Positions 37,656 to 50,929 of a stretch of DNA of 64,000 bases are shown here, in pieces. The notes under the pieces were generated by a model that saw nothing but the letters and a program-made list of their open reading frames with translations, did not search any database and was not told where the DNA came from. The stretch comes from Mobula hypostoma (lineage: Eukaryota), in contig NC_086108.1 of assembly GCF_963921235.1 (NCBI RefSeq), positions 86,368,001 to 86,432,000 of the forward strand, given 5' to 3'. Each line of letters starts with the position of its first letter. Position 1 is the first letter of the stretch. A program made the position numbers and the translations under genes.

Positions 37656-38829
37656 GCCTGGGTATGTCTAGTCCGCTACTATTTATACTCCCATTATTCA
37701 TGTCTCCTGACTGATTAGTCCTCATCCAGTCAGGTGTCCACTGTCCCACCTTGTTTACAATTGAATTCCAGTGTTTGCTAAATTTTTTTCCTCTAGTTTT
37801 ATTTCAATGGCTTCCTTTATCAGGCAGTCCCATTGGCATGGCACAGTAGTTTCGTACCATCAAAGTTAATCCTATGGCCATTGCGAATGCACCCGACTAT
37901 TTCTCTGGGTAACCCAAATATATACACCTCCTGCGTTCCTTGATACAGGTTTCCACCGTGCGTCTGTCTGGCTGATATACGCTGCTCAAAAGATATACAT
38001 AGAGAATCATGTAAATACCAGCCGACCTGAGTCCCAGATTATCTTTGATCCACATAAACTGTGATTTGAACTTACTTACGGGTTTATAGATGGTATTAAT
38101 CTGGTATTTCTTAAAGATCCTGGCAATCCTTCCAGAAACCTTGGAACTGTAGGAATGATGGGCAGTAGCAAAATTTTCCTCCTCGTTGTTAGGTTTTCTG
38201 GTTTTTCTCTCACCTTTTTAAGAGTCCAATTGATTTCCTTCAGCTTTTTCCATTCTGTATGAACATCATGCGTAATTGTCTTATTCCCTCCGGAGAGTCT
38301 CTGGATCCAAAATAGTTTTTGCACGATTGATCAAGGTAGAAAGAACAATTCTACAGTGCCCCTAAGACTTTACGGGCTCCCGAAGGTACACAAGGAGGAT
38401 TCCCCCCGAGGCCTGTCATCATTGGGATAGACTCTCTGACTTACCAGCTCGCTGAGCATTTAACAAGCATGCTGTTTCCCTTTGGGGCTGTGAGCATCAC
38501 ATCATGAACTTCACCAACTTTGTTAGCACGATAACCAACATCCAGCTGAACCTGGAGGACATAATGGCCAGTTTCGATATGATGTCCCTGCTCAGGAGAG
38601 TTCCCATTAGGAACAGCTCGGTCCTTCCTCCTGCAGTCAATGTTTGGTATGGGTACCATTGACCTTTTTGAACACACCGCTGTAAGGGTAAGTACATGAA
38701 CGAATGGATGGAGTAGCTATGGGATTGCCCTTGTCACCGGCTATTGTTAATTTCTACATGGGGACGTTGAGGAGAGAGCTCTGAGTTCATCATTCTTATG
38801 CTGCAAATGTTTCTTCAGATACATCGATG

Positions 38830-39238
38830 TCGTCATCGTGGCTATCCCTCAAGGTCAAGGATGATGGTCTTTGTTCTGAAGAAGTGGCCCACAGAGTGAA
38901 GACGCCTGTGCGTGTATTTGTTTAACATGTACTTGACGTTGCACTCTAAGAAGCACACGATACTTCACAAATCAACCAACTGATTCCAATGGCATGGAAA
39001 CCACGACGACTGGAGCTGATGGATTTGTTGCAGACTTCACAGCCATTGAGTTCAAAGTAACTTCATCTGCCTGTTCCACTGTTGAGGTCTTGGTTGGATT
39101 GTTCTTTGTCAGGGACCTCACCCTCGACCTTACCACCATGGGTGACCCTACCAGAAGCATAGCTCCGGACAGCATTGCTCTTGGGATCACAGGACCACAC
39201 AAGCCTCTCCACCACGACAAAGTGACAATTCACGGAGA
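38830..39238 (-). mobile_element. Bipartite RTE-derived non-autonomous element (~410 bp)
   Basis: 13-bp TSD AGATACATCGATG / AGATACATCAATG. The 5' part (TTGTCGTGGTGGAGAGGCTTG...GGTAGGGTCACCCATGG) is RTE 5'UTR-like. The 3' end reads GGATAGCCACGATGACGA. Confidence 0.75.
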
Positions 39239-39744
39239 AGATACATCAATGACACCTTCATGATGTGGCTTCATGGCCTTCAGGCACACCAATAGTTCCA
39301 CAACCATCTGAACAGTATACACCCAAACATTCAATTTATAATGGAAATGCAGAAGAATGGTTGCCTCCCATTCCTGGACATTCTAATATGACACAAACCG
39401 GAAGGTAGTTTCAGACATGGCGTCTATTGGAAACCCTCTCATACGGACTTATACCTCAACAATAACAACCACCATCACATCTCTCAACGTAGAGGGTTCT
39501 TTCTACTTTGATAAGCCATGAGAAAACTATTTCGGACCCAGAGAGTCTCGCTGAGGAAATAAGATAATTAAATACAATGTTCCTACAGAATAGCTACAAG
39601 GTGAAGGAAATCACTCGAACTTATTTATCATACTGTAATTAGTTTTGTTTTTTAGTAATTTAGAATTATTTTTAATCTTCTAAAAACTTCACATTGAAGA
39701 AATAAGGATGGATGTGTCAAATTCCCCATTGCATAAGTTTAAGT

Positions 39745-40478
39745 TGAAATCAGAATCTGATTTATTATCACTGACATATGATGTGGAAATTGTCGTTTTA
39801 TGGCAGCAGTGCTTTGCAAAGGCAAATATCTAAAAAATACAGAGAGGGATAATTAGTGCTAAGAGAGGAATAAAAAGTATTCATGGGTTCATGGGCCGTT
39901 TAGATATCTGTGTTTTAAAAAAAATGTTGCCTGTTTTGATCATGCCTCAAGTTTGATAGTGGAGGTGAAGAAGATAGTCCTAAATCATTGAGTTTAGGTC
40001 TTCAGGCTCCTATACCTTCTCCTTGACAGTAGTACTGACAAGGAGGCATGTCTTGGATCATGGGGGCCCTCAGTGTTGGATGCCACATTCTGGAATCACC
40101 AGCTCTGGAAGATGTCCTCCACAGTGGAGAGGCTTGTGCCCATGATGGAGCTGGCTGTGTCCGCAACCCTCTGCAGTCTCTGGCAATCCTGTGCATTGGA
40201 AGCTCCTTTCAAGACTGCGATGCAACCAGTAAGAATGCTGTCCACTGTACACCTAGGAAATTTATACAGGTTATCAATGACAAACCAGATCTCCTCAAAC
40301 TCCCAACGGACCAGACCCACTGGAGTGACTCCCTCATGGTTGCATCAGTGCTTTGGGCCTGGGCTAGATCCTCAGAGATGTTGACACCCAGGGACATGAA
40401 GCTGTTGATCTTTTCCACCACCCATTCATCAATGAGGACTGGTGAGTGTTCTCCTTCCTGAAGCCCACAATTAATTCT
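39745..40478 (-). mobile_element. Rex1-type LINE 3' fragment
   Basis: RCTVDSILTGCI..DCQRLQRV, with a (AATCAG)n tail at ~39748. Confidence 0.8.
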
Positions 40479-42139
40479 TTGGGAAAATTTAAGGATTTGC
40501 GAAGCAGGTTTTTTTCCCCCTAAAGAATGGTAAATCCTGCCACATGTTGTCAAGAGAGAAGGTAAAGCCAATATGAAAGTGATGTTTAGGATACATTTAG
40601 ACAGAAAAATGAACAGATAGGAAATATAGGGATCAAGACCATGTTCAGGCAGAAGGGATGTATGGACTGGCTTTTGATTGGTGTGGACACAGTGACATGA
40701 AGTATCTGTTCCTGTACTGTATTGTTCTGTGTTCTAATTGAATAGCTGTGGATGTCCAAAACATGTAGAAACTATTCAGAGGACTGATAAGTATCAAACT
40801 GGCTAAGCCCTGTCACCAAATTTACCAGGTGTTCTGTTAAAGGCCTAAGGACAATGCTACCCTCCAGAGAAATCAGTCCTTTGCATCTGGACCAGGTAAG
40901 CAAAGGTGTGTTGGGACCACAGGCCCAGTTCACCATGATCCAAACCAAGAAATCAATGTAAAAATGAAGCAAAATGCAAAATGCATAAAACTTACTCAGT
41001 ATGTCAGGTAGAATCCATGGAGAGAGAGGCAGAGTTAACTTTTCAGGTTGATAGTCTTTCACCAGATGTGGAAAGAGATGCAGATGGAAGAAAAGTTGTT
41101 AAGATGATTGGAATGGAAGAGAGGCAGGGAAAACACAAAGAAAAATCTGTGATGAGATGGAAGACGGGAGGGATACAATAACAAAGGAAGTAATGGTACT
41201 GAGTGAAAGGTAGTGATAAAGAGGATGGGTGAATAACAGTAAGCAGGCCTGGAGAAAATGGACATGAGAGAAGCTGAACACTTACCAGTGTATCAGGAAC
41301 ATATTGCAATCCTTTTAGACAGAGGACTTAAGCAGTATGCCTGTTATGTGACAATGACACAAACTGGAAGAAACAGCAGGGATTTGAAGTCACATTATCT
41401 GGATGTGTTAACTGTTCAGCCTAGTAAATGAGCACTGCCGCTTTTATTGCCTATGCGCTCTGCATCGTTGCATTTGTGAGGATACATTCGGTTATGAGAA
41501 TAGAATTTCAAGCAGATGTTCTTCAGAATTTTTGAAGGACATAGATGATTCTCTCTTGGCAAGTTCTGGGCAAATGATTAAATCCAGTAAATTTCTGCAA
41601 TCGCTTGTTGAAGGCCTTGCATGTACCAACGAGAAGGTATTGTACAGCAAATCATTGCAGGAGGAAACATGTTGTTCACACCAGGATTAGCTGTGCCCGT
41701 GTTGAGTAACAGTAGAGCAACACAATTACCCAGACAGACTAAATTGGGAGCCTTATCACATACGATTGACCTCAGAAACCTTCCAGCTTGTGTACGAAAT
41801 GAAGACTGAAGAAAAAGTTGGTATCACGAGAACTCCAAATTGAAATCCAGATCCTATTAGAAAGAGGAATCAAGTGGTAGATCTGCTATGAACAATGACA
41901 CTAACTGGAACAAGCGGCAGGGGCCTGAAGTCTCAATGCATGTATGCATTAAGTGATTGGTCTTATAAATGTATGATAGGTGATCAAAATTTCTAACAGA
42001 ATTTTGGCCTGCAGCAACAGCACCATAACAAATCTCATGCCTGACAAAGCAAAATATGTTTTGCTTAGTCCAAAGCAGTGATAAATAGTTGTAATTTTGG
42101 GCAAAGAGACAGAAGCAAGGTGGGGAAACTATTGATTTA

Positions 42140-43390
42140 GTAATAGGCCTACGGCAGACTCAATTTCAATGGCTCCATGCAGCCTTAGATCAAATGGACA
42201 ATACAAACACCCATGTCAGAATGCTGTTTGTTGACTATAGCTCAGCGTTTAACACCAACAGTCCTGATTGATAAGCTACAGAACTTGGGCGTCTGTGCCT
42301 CCCTCTACAATTAGACCCTCGACTTCCAAAATGGAAGACCATAATCTCTGTGGATTGGTAATAGTATCTCCTCCTCACTGACAATCAACTCTGGTGCACC
42401 ACAGGGATATGTGTTTAGTCCACTGCTCTGCTTTCCCTAAACCCATGGTTGTGTGACTAGGTACAGCTTAAATGTCATCTATAAATTTACTGATGATATA
42501 ACCATTGCTTGCAGAATCTCAGATGGAGACAAGATGGCATTCACAAGCGAAATATACCAAGTAGTTGAGTGGTGTTGCAGCAATAATCTTGAACTCAATG
42601 GCGGTAAGAGGAAAGAGCTGACTGTGGATTTCAGAGACGGTAGGATGAGGGAACAAGAACCAATCCTTATAGAGGGAACAGAAGTGGATAGAGCAACCAA
42701 TTTCGAGATCCTGTGTTCAATACCACTGAGGATCTAACCAGGTCCCGACATATCGATGAAGCTATAAAAAAGACAGATCAGCAGCTATATTTCATTAGGA
42801 GGTTTAGGAGATTTGGTATGTCACCTAAAACACTCGAAAATTTCTACAGGTGTATTGTGGAGAGCATATTGACAGGCTGCCTCATTGTCTGGTATGGAAG
42901 TGGTAGGGCTACTGCGCAGGTTCAAAATAACTACAGACAATTGTAAAATTAGTCAGCTCTGTCAAGGGTTCTAGTCTCCGTAGTATCCAAGACATCTCGA
43001 AGGAATAGTGCTTCAGAAAGGCGACGATCATTATTAAGTAACCCCATCATCCAGGACATGCCCTCTTCTCATTGCTACCATCAGGTAGGAGGTACAGAAA
43101 CCTGAAGCCACACACTCTGCGATTCAGGAACAGTTTCTTCCCCTCTGCTATCAGATTCCTAAATGAACAATGAACCCACAGACACTACCTCACTTTCTTA
43201 TTATTTCTGTTTTGCACTATTTTTAATTAACTGTTCAACACACACACACACACACACACGCACACACAGTATTTACTGTAATTGACTTATTTTTGTTTTC
43301 TGTATTATCATGTATTGCATTGTACTGCTGCCTAAGTTAACAAATTTCATGACATATGCCACTGATATTAAACCTGATTCTGATAAACCA
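42140..43390 (+). mobile_element. Rex1/Babar LINE 3' part; contains (CA)n at ~43238-43268
   Basis: IYKFTDD.. and FYRCIVESILTGC. Tail ATTAAACCTGATTCTGA. Confidence 0.85.
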
Positions 43391-43872
43391 CTTATTCCTG
43401 CCTTGCAACATTTGCTTTTTCTAGATTGTGACTTGTGAAATAAGTTTCTGTGTAGGCTGGTAGAGATGGTGCAGCGTTTTACACAATTTTTTCCAGATCT
43501 TGGTCCAGTTCTAGCATAGCATGTCCAGCTGAAAGTAAAGGACATGAAATGAATTTCGAGCAAGGAGCACACACAAGGGGTAGGTGATGCTGTCCCTGTT
43601 TATCATGTGCATTGGGATTTGCATATGAGGCTGTATGTTATGGTGTGGGTGCAATCTTGAAGTATATGAATTATATGATGATATGACTCAAAAACTTCTA
43701 TAGTTGTACCATGGAGAGCATTCTGACAGGCTTCATCACTGTCTGCAGCTATTGCGCAGGACTGAAAGAAGCTGCAGAAGACTGTAAATCTAGTCAGTTC
43801 CATCTTAGGCACTAGCCTACAAAGTACCAGGACATCTTCAGGGGGCAGTGTCTCAGAAAGGCAGTGTCCATT

Positions 43873-46292
43873 ACTTTATACTTTATTGTCGCCAAACAAT
43901 TGATAATAGAACGTACAATCATCATAGCAATATTTGATTCTGCTCTTCCCGCTCCCTGGATTACAAATCGATAGTAAATCTTAAAAAATTTTAATTATAA
44001 ATCATAAATAGAAAATAGAAAGATGGAAAGTAAGGTAGTGAAAAAAAAAAACTGAGAGGCAGGTTCGGATATTTGGAGGGTACGGCCCAGATCTGGGTCA
44101 GGATCCGTTCAGCAGTCTTATCACAGTTGGAAAGAAGCTGTTCCCAAATCTGGCCATATGAGTCTTCAAACTCCTGAGCCTTCTCCAGGAGGGAAGAGGG
44201 ACGAAAAGTCTGTTGGCTGGGTGGGTCGTGTCCTTGATTATCCTGGCAGCACTGCTCTGACAGCGTGCAGTGTAAAGTGAGTCCAAGGATGGAAGATTGG
44301 TTTGTGTGATGTGCTGCACCATGTTCACGATCTTTTGCAGCTTCTTCCGGTCTTGGACAGGACAACTTCCATACCAGGTTGTGATGCACCCTAGAAGAAT
44401 GCTTTCTGTGGTGTATCTATAAAAATTAATGAGGGTTTTAGGGTGCAGGCCAAATTTCTTTAGTTTTCTCAGGATGTAAAGGCACTGGTGGGCCTTCTTG
44501 GCAGTGGACTCTACTTGGTTGGACCAAGTCAGGTCATTTGTGATATTGACCCCGAGGAACTTAAAGCTTTTGACTTGTTCCATTTGCACACCACCAATGT
44601 AAATTGGGTCATGCGGTCCGCTACTTCTTCTGAAGCCAACAACCAATTCCTTCATCTTGCAGACATTGAGGGTGTCACAAGTGGCGGGGGCATAGGGAGC
44701 AAGGGTGGACCCAAATGCAAGACACATCTTGTGAGGTTACTTAGATTGAGTTTATTGTTTGATACCAGGAGAGCAAGGCAGGAGCAGGAAATAGCGACCT
44801 GGACAAGGACTCAGGACTACGACTAGGCTGGGACCAAGGGTCTGGGCTTGGACTCGGACTCAGGATCAGCTCCCAGAACTAGAGGAGACATGAAGATGCT
44901 AAGGTATGGACTCCGAGCCAGAGACTGAGCAAGGACCCAGTACCTGGGTCTTGCCTCAGGCTCGAACCCCAGAACCAGGCAAGGACATGACATGGGCTGG
45001 GGAGAGGAGGAACATGGGAACACACAACCTCGGTCTCGGGGAGCAGGTACATGGACACATGCACAGAACACAGAGTCGGGACCCCTCCTTGGGTACAGGA
45101 CATAGGGCCGGGACTCGCACACAGAACAGAGAGCTAGGATCCCTCCTTGGGTACAGGACATAGGGCCGGGGCTCATGACTCTCCGCGGGGCAATGGCAAG
45201 ACGGCCAGACTTACCCCACGGAGGCGAGGACAAGGCGAGACAAGACACGACCCTCCGCGGGGCAATGGCAAGATGGCCAGACTTAACCTAACGGAGGCAA
45301 GGACAGGACAAGACCAACACGAAAGCACACCAGACAGTACCTGTCTAGCTCCGGCGATAGAACTAGACCAAGGTGTAGGCGAGGGCTACAGACGAGGGCT
45401 AGAGGCGAGAAGGGGCAGAGAAGGGATTCAGACGGCGGGGGGGCGGGGTAAGATAGGAATCACAGACCACCAGGGAAAGGACTTGACTCGGTACTTGAAT
45501 GCCCCTGGAGCCAGGACCTGACTTGGAGCCTCTGGGTAGTGGCGAGCTCTCGACTCGGCCTGGGGACAGTAGACAGTGGTTCTCGATTCCCTCTGGCGGG
45601 TTAATTGACGGACCCACCTTGATGAGGAAACTTTGCAGGCTTGCTTCGGTGGGGTAACTGAACTGGGTTGCTCCGGTGAGGAAGCGTGAAATACCGGCAC
45701 TCACTTCGGCAGAGACTAGGCTTGTTCTGGCCAGATGACATCGGCACACCATACCTTTGATGACTTTGCAGCTGCTCCCGCGCCGAACGGCTGAAAGCCG
45801 GAGACTATAAACTACTGGTTCAGCCGAGTGTTAATTGCCTCTAATCACCAAAGTCGAGGGACACAGGAAAACAGGGAATCAACGGTCCGGATCATAACAT
45901 AAACAAGGTAAATTTAAAGGGACCCCGATCTGGACCATGACAGAGGAATAGGTTATTGTCTTCGCACCATACCTCCAGGTTCTTAATTTCCTCTCTGTAC
46001 TCAAACTCATCATTACCCGAGATACGGCCTACAATTGTTGTGTCATCAGCAAACTCATATATTGAGTTCGATGAAAATTTGGCTACACAATCATGGGTGT
46101 ACAGTGAGTACAGCAGGGGGCTGAGTACACAGCCTTGTGGGGCACCAGTGCTCAGAGTGATTGTAGAGGAGAGCTTGTCCCCTATTTTTACAGCCTGGGT
46201 CCTGTCTGTGAGGAAGATGAAGATCCAGTTGCAGATCTGAGTGCTAAGGCCCAGGTTCTGGAGCTTAGGAATCAGTTTACTTAGGAATCAGG
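43873..46292 (-). mobile_element. Second Rex1-type LINE family (RT C-half), split by a solo LTR
   Basis: [29 protein letters not shown] (~46200-45945) continues in ORF 44098-44727. Tail AATAAAGTATAAAGT. Confidence 0.9.
44673..45942 (-). mobile_element. Solo LTR (1270 bp) with internal tandem duplications
   Basis: TGTCA...TGACA termini, TSD GAGGG / GAGGA. Internal ~58-bp (45061-45175) and ~73-bp (45175-45310) duplications. GC-rich. Confidence 0.85.
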
Positions 46293-46699
46293 TCATTATA
46301 GTCATAGTCATAGTTATAGTCCATGACTATGTAAGGACCTCCAATACCCAGGGCATGCCCTTTTCTCACTGCTACCATCAGGTAGGAGATACAGAAGCCT
46401 GAAGGCACACACTCAGTGATTCAGGAACAGCTTCTTCCCCTCTGCCATCCGATTTCTAAATGGACACTGAAGCTTTGGACACTACCTCGCTTTTTTTAAA
46501 TATACAGTATTTCTGTTTTTGCACATTTGAAAAAAATCTATTCAATATACGTAATTGATTTACTTGTTTATTTATTATGTTTTATTTTAGTTATTACTTT
46601 TTTCTCTCTCTCTGCTAGATTATGTATTGCATTGAACTGCTGCTGCTAAGCTAACAAATTTCACATCACATGCCGACGATTGATGGTCAAGATAAGCCC

Positions 46700-47900
46700 A
46701 TCATGACCTCATAAGGAGGGGGCCAATTAGAATAGTTTGGAATCAGGAAATTTATCAGCATTTATTTAGCAAATCTGCTACTTTAGTAAAAAGATGTGAG
46801 ATTAGGCCTCAAAGCAGAAATATCTGCTATAATAACATCAAAGATGCAAAGACAAACAATCCTTCTAACACAATTTGAGTGAGGGAGCTCCTATCAGAGA
46901 GCACTGCAGATGCTCTGTTGTGCCTATGGCATGAGATATCTAATGTTGGTAGTGAAAATCTAATTTACAAGTGAAATCCAATTAGAGAGGTTTTTCCGGT
47001 AACTGCATCTGAAATCATAGATAAGACTCCCTTAGACTAATTGTTAGAAAAGAGTGTGAACCGAGACGGAAAGGACTGTCTAGTATATAGCTGTAAAACT
47101 GAAATCGTTTCACAATTGTTGCAATGAAATAGCAAATGTGCAAGGGTGAAGTTCAGAGCGAGGTGATAGCTATGGCTTTGAGATTAAAGACTTTGGTTAC
47201 ATTTCATACTTCAAAGGCAGCTATCGTCAGTACAAAGCAATTTGTAAGGATCTTCATTAACTGACCCTGTTTGGATGGAGACCTCAGAATCATTGAGAAG
47301 CAAAAATAGTACTTGCCTTGAATATATCACAAAAACCTCATTTGCAATCTTGGCCATAGCCAGCTAATTGTCTGCATTGTGTTCATGTCGACTTCTGTGA
47401 GAAAGGGATTGACAATTTCCTAGTACTGATTAATAGTCACTCAAAGAGGATTGATATGACTTGTATAGGCTCATGGACAAACACTACTGTGTAGGGTTTT
47501 AAAGTCTATTGGTGCATGTCATGGCTCACTTGAAGTGGTCATTTCTGACAACTCCTTCCTAGTTTCAGTTCTTTTGTTTGCCAGTTTTATGAAACAGAAC
47601 AATTTGAGCCGTATTTCATATCATCTGTTTGGAAATTAAACAGTTGTGAGGTCAGTCATGGTAGTTGAAGCTCTCAAAAAATAAGTATTGCAGGTATATT
47701 CAAATCTCAGTGTGTGACATAATGTGACCATTTCCTATTAGTTTTCAGCACAATTTCTCACACTATACTGGGTATACACCTGCAGAATTCTTAATGATGA
47801 AAGGATTGAGACCATGCTTTATCCTTGCTCAATCAAATTTGACCTCTGCACTACAGGAAAAACAGTCTAGTCAAAATTCTTGTTGTGTCATTAATCAGAA
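46700..47900 (+). mobile_element. Old Gypsy pol remnant (RNase H end plus integrase)
   Basis: TADALLCL (cf. ADALSRL) at ~46905 and LQSWP*PANCLHCVHVDFCEKGIDNFLVLINSHSKRID at ~47340-47455. Confidence 0.65.
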
Positions 47901-48644
47901 TGAAAGCAGTGAGTGGTCATTGTCTCCATATCCCCTCATTCCCTGGTATGTCAGCTTCATACGAGTGGGAGACAGGAAACACAGTAGAAGTTGTGGACCA
48001 CAAGTGAGAGGAGCAGAATTAGGCCATTAGGCCAATAAAAGCTGCTCGAACATTTCATCATGGCTGATCTATTCTTTTCTCTCAACTGTATTCTCCTGCC
48101 TTCTCCCTGTAACCTTTCATTCCCTGACTAATCAAGAACCTATTGGCCTCTGCCTTAAATAAATCCAACAGTGATTTGGTTGAATTTGAAGCAAAATCCA
48201 AAGTGCTAATGTAAATCAAATAATCTCATCTAGAAATGGACTAAATTGGGATGGCGAATCACACGTTCATGATGCGGTGTCTGAGACAGATCCAGAAAGG
48301 GAAAAACCAAGTCCATGCCAACCTAAACAGAACAGGTCCTTCCTTAAGTCCAAATTGAGAACCAAACAATCTAGTAGTTGCTTAAACACCAAACCTGCCT
48401 AACCAGTATGAATGAACCACCAGAACCCTTTGTGTTCATAGTCATAACCAACTCTGTCTGCAGTAACCTGCTGCATGCAGTAAGTTCCTGTAAACCTTTG
48501 TGAGAATGGAATGGCAATTTCCTAGTCACTTGAAGTGGATTGATGTGAACTATATGGATTCAGCGACTACTAATAAACAAACTCTACAGGGCGTGAAATC
48601 TGAAAACTGGGAGAAAGATGATATTTAAAGTTTCTATCCACATA

Positions 48645-48830
48645 AAAGAGATGGACAGTAACAGCGGTCATTTTGAGTGAAGACCCTTCATCAGCACCTA
48701 ATGAAGGTCTCGTCACAAAGCAACAATGGTTTATTTCTTTCCATAGATGCTGCCTGACCTGTTGAGTTCCTCCAGCATTTTGTGTGTGTTACTCTGGATC
48801 TCCAGCATCTGCAGAATCTCTTGTGTTTAA
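48645..48830 (+). mobile_element. PLE family A terminus, decayed fold-back
   Basis: Fold-back centre GACCCTTCATCAGCACCTAATGAAGGTC, then the family A terminal sequence. Confidence 0.75.
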
Positions 48831-50929
48831 GGCAGTAACGGAATACTACCCTGTGATTCTTTTTTACGTACTCTTAAATTATTTATGTATTTTATATTAA
48901 TTTTATGTCTGCATTGTATTGTTGTCAGTAAACAACAAGCTTCACATCATAGAAATCACTGATGATAAAAATGATTCTGATTTATATCGACAAGTCACTT
49001 AGTCTTCTCTGTTGAATTTATGAAACGGGGAATGTAGAAAATACCTTTTTAAAAAACAAAAGGTATCTGTGAAATATGCCATTCTCCTTTTGGACAAAAG
49101 TCATGCAGTTCATCTGCTTTATTACAATGTAAAATGACAATGTCTTGATGAAGCAATTCGTAGCAGGAATCTGAAGGATTGACATGTGTATTACTTAAAT
49201 GTTTTGCCTCAAAAATAAATCAGTACCTTTTTGGAAGTATACATACTGTGCCTGAATCCATTTGTGAAGACTTAACAACCTGAAATTACCAGAAGGGAAA
49301 AAAGACTGAATCCTGGAAAGAAGACATGCTAAGGCTGAAACTGCTCATTATCAGAAATAAATGAACTCGGGGTCTTGAAGGCTATATTGCTTGTGGTAGT
49401 TTGTTTCATGCAGAATTTTGCAAGACTGAACCAGAATCTGATAAATCCACTGTAAAATAAGTTCCACGAAACTCAGTCACAACAGAACTTAAGGATACTT
49501 CCACAGAAAAGGCTCCCCAATGAATTGCAAAGGTGTGCAAGTAAGAGCAGACATGATTATGCAGCTGCCACTGGGAGTGAGTACTTTAGGGATCAATCTA
49601 AGCAGTGGAAGTGGGGGTCATCATCCCAATCACATGTATAGTTGTATCTTTCAAGGATCAATCGACTTTATTTGCTATATTCACTCAGTGGCCACTATAT
49701 TAGGTACTTTCTGATCCTAATAAAGTGACCACTATGTTCATGGTCATTGTAAATTGTCCTGAGATTAGGCTTGTATTAGATAGCTGGGTTGCTGGTAGTG
49801 CATCTTTCAAACACAAAGCATCCAGCATAATCAAAGACCCCACCTATCCATGACATTCTCTTTTCTCTCTTCCACTGGGCAGAAGGCACAAATCCCTAAA
49901 AGCACCTCCCACCAGTCTAAAGAACAGCTTCTTTTCGACTGCTATCATACTGGTAATTAGATCCCTAGTACGATATGTTGCACTCTTGACCTCGCAATCT
50001 ACCTTGTTAAGATCTTCCATCTTATTGTTTACCTGCACTGCAACTTTCTCTGTGGTTCTTATGCTTTATCCTGCACTGTTATTGGTCTACTTTGCTTTAC
50101 CTGAATGCACTGTGTAATGATCTGATGTGTATGAACAGTATGCAAGGAAAGCTTTTCACTGAATCTGGGTGCATGTGACAACAGTAAATCAATACCAGTA
50201 CGTAGTGTGGTACTGGGACAGAAACCATCGGCAGCTTTCAAATTTAATATAGTAAAGCTGGAACTTGGCACAAGAGAGGAGTTGGGCAAAGTTGATTGGA
50301 AGGGGATACAAGAACACTCTTTAGATCAGGGATGAGAAGGAGTTTCTTTAGCCAGTGGGTGGCAAATCTGTGGAAGTTACTGCCACAGATGGTTGTGGAG
50401 GCTAGGTCATTGGGTATATTTAAACCAGAGGTTGATAGGTTCTTGATTAGTAAGCATGCTAAAGGTTATGAGAAGGAAGGAAGGAAAATAGGGCTGAGAG
50501 TGAAAATAAATCCTCTGTGATTGAATAGCAGAGCAGAATTGATGGACTGAATGGCCTAATTCTGCTTCTACTGGATGGCTTATGGTCTTAACTTCCTAAA
50601 AAATGTATCAGCTTGCAGTTGTTTGAGTTAAATTTCATCCGCCGTTCCTTTTGCCCACTTTTCTAGTTGATGCAGGTTCTATTCTTTTCTCAGATAACCT
50701 TCTTCATAGTCCACTACCCTGCTAGCTTTGGAGTCACTTGCCAACTTACTAATCATGCCACCTGAATTCTCATCTAAATTTCTTAACATATACTGCATGA
50801 CAAAAAAGAATAGCATCTACTGCTGCTCAGAGGCCTCCAAAATGAAATGCTACCCTCTACGCTCACCTCTGACTCCTTCCACCAAGTCAGCTTTGTATCC
50901 AATTGACTAAATCCCCTTCTCTTCTCAGT

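Larger units (their letters stand above)
37544..39620 (-). mobile_element. PLE family B with 5' inversion: minus-strand thumb/GIY-YIG/terminus (37544-38355) and plus-strand RT (38357-39620)
   Basis: Plus strand: PLRLYGLPKVHKED, ASFDMMSL, DGVAMGLPLSPAIVNFYM, FRYID / RYINDTF, HPNIQF..LPFLDI..VYWKPSHTDLYL. Minus strand: GIY-YIG and the hammerhead terminus. Confidence 0.9.
43685..46680 (+). mobile_element. Rex1 3' fragment (43685-43872 and ~46332-46680), split by an opposite-strand Rex1-type element
   Basis: GCAGTGTCCATTA|TAAGGACCTCCA rejoin into the family sequence. Confidence 0.8.

Noticed and set aside
45061..45310. Spaced repeats as a CRISPR-like array
   Set aside because: There are only two-copy tandem duplications without unique spacers, in eukaryotic LTR context.
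44823..45752. Several overlapping ORFs in the GC-rich segment
   Set aside because: They lie inside a solo LTR with tandem duplications, where low stop density is compositional.
48490..48575. Second short integrase-like segment resembling 47395-47490
   Set aside because: Too short and decayed to call as a separate element; probably a scrap of the same Gypsy family.
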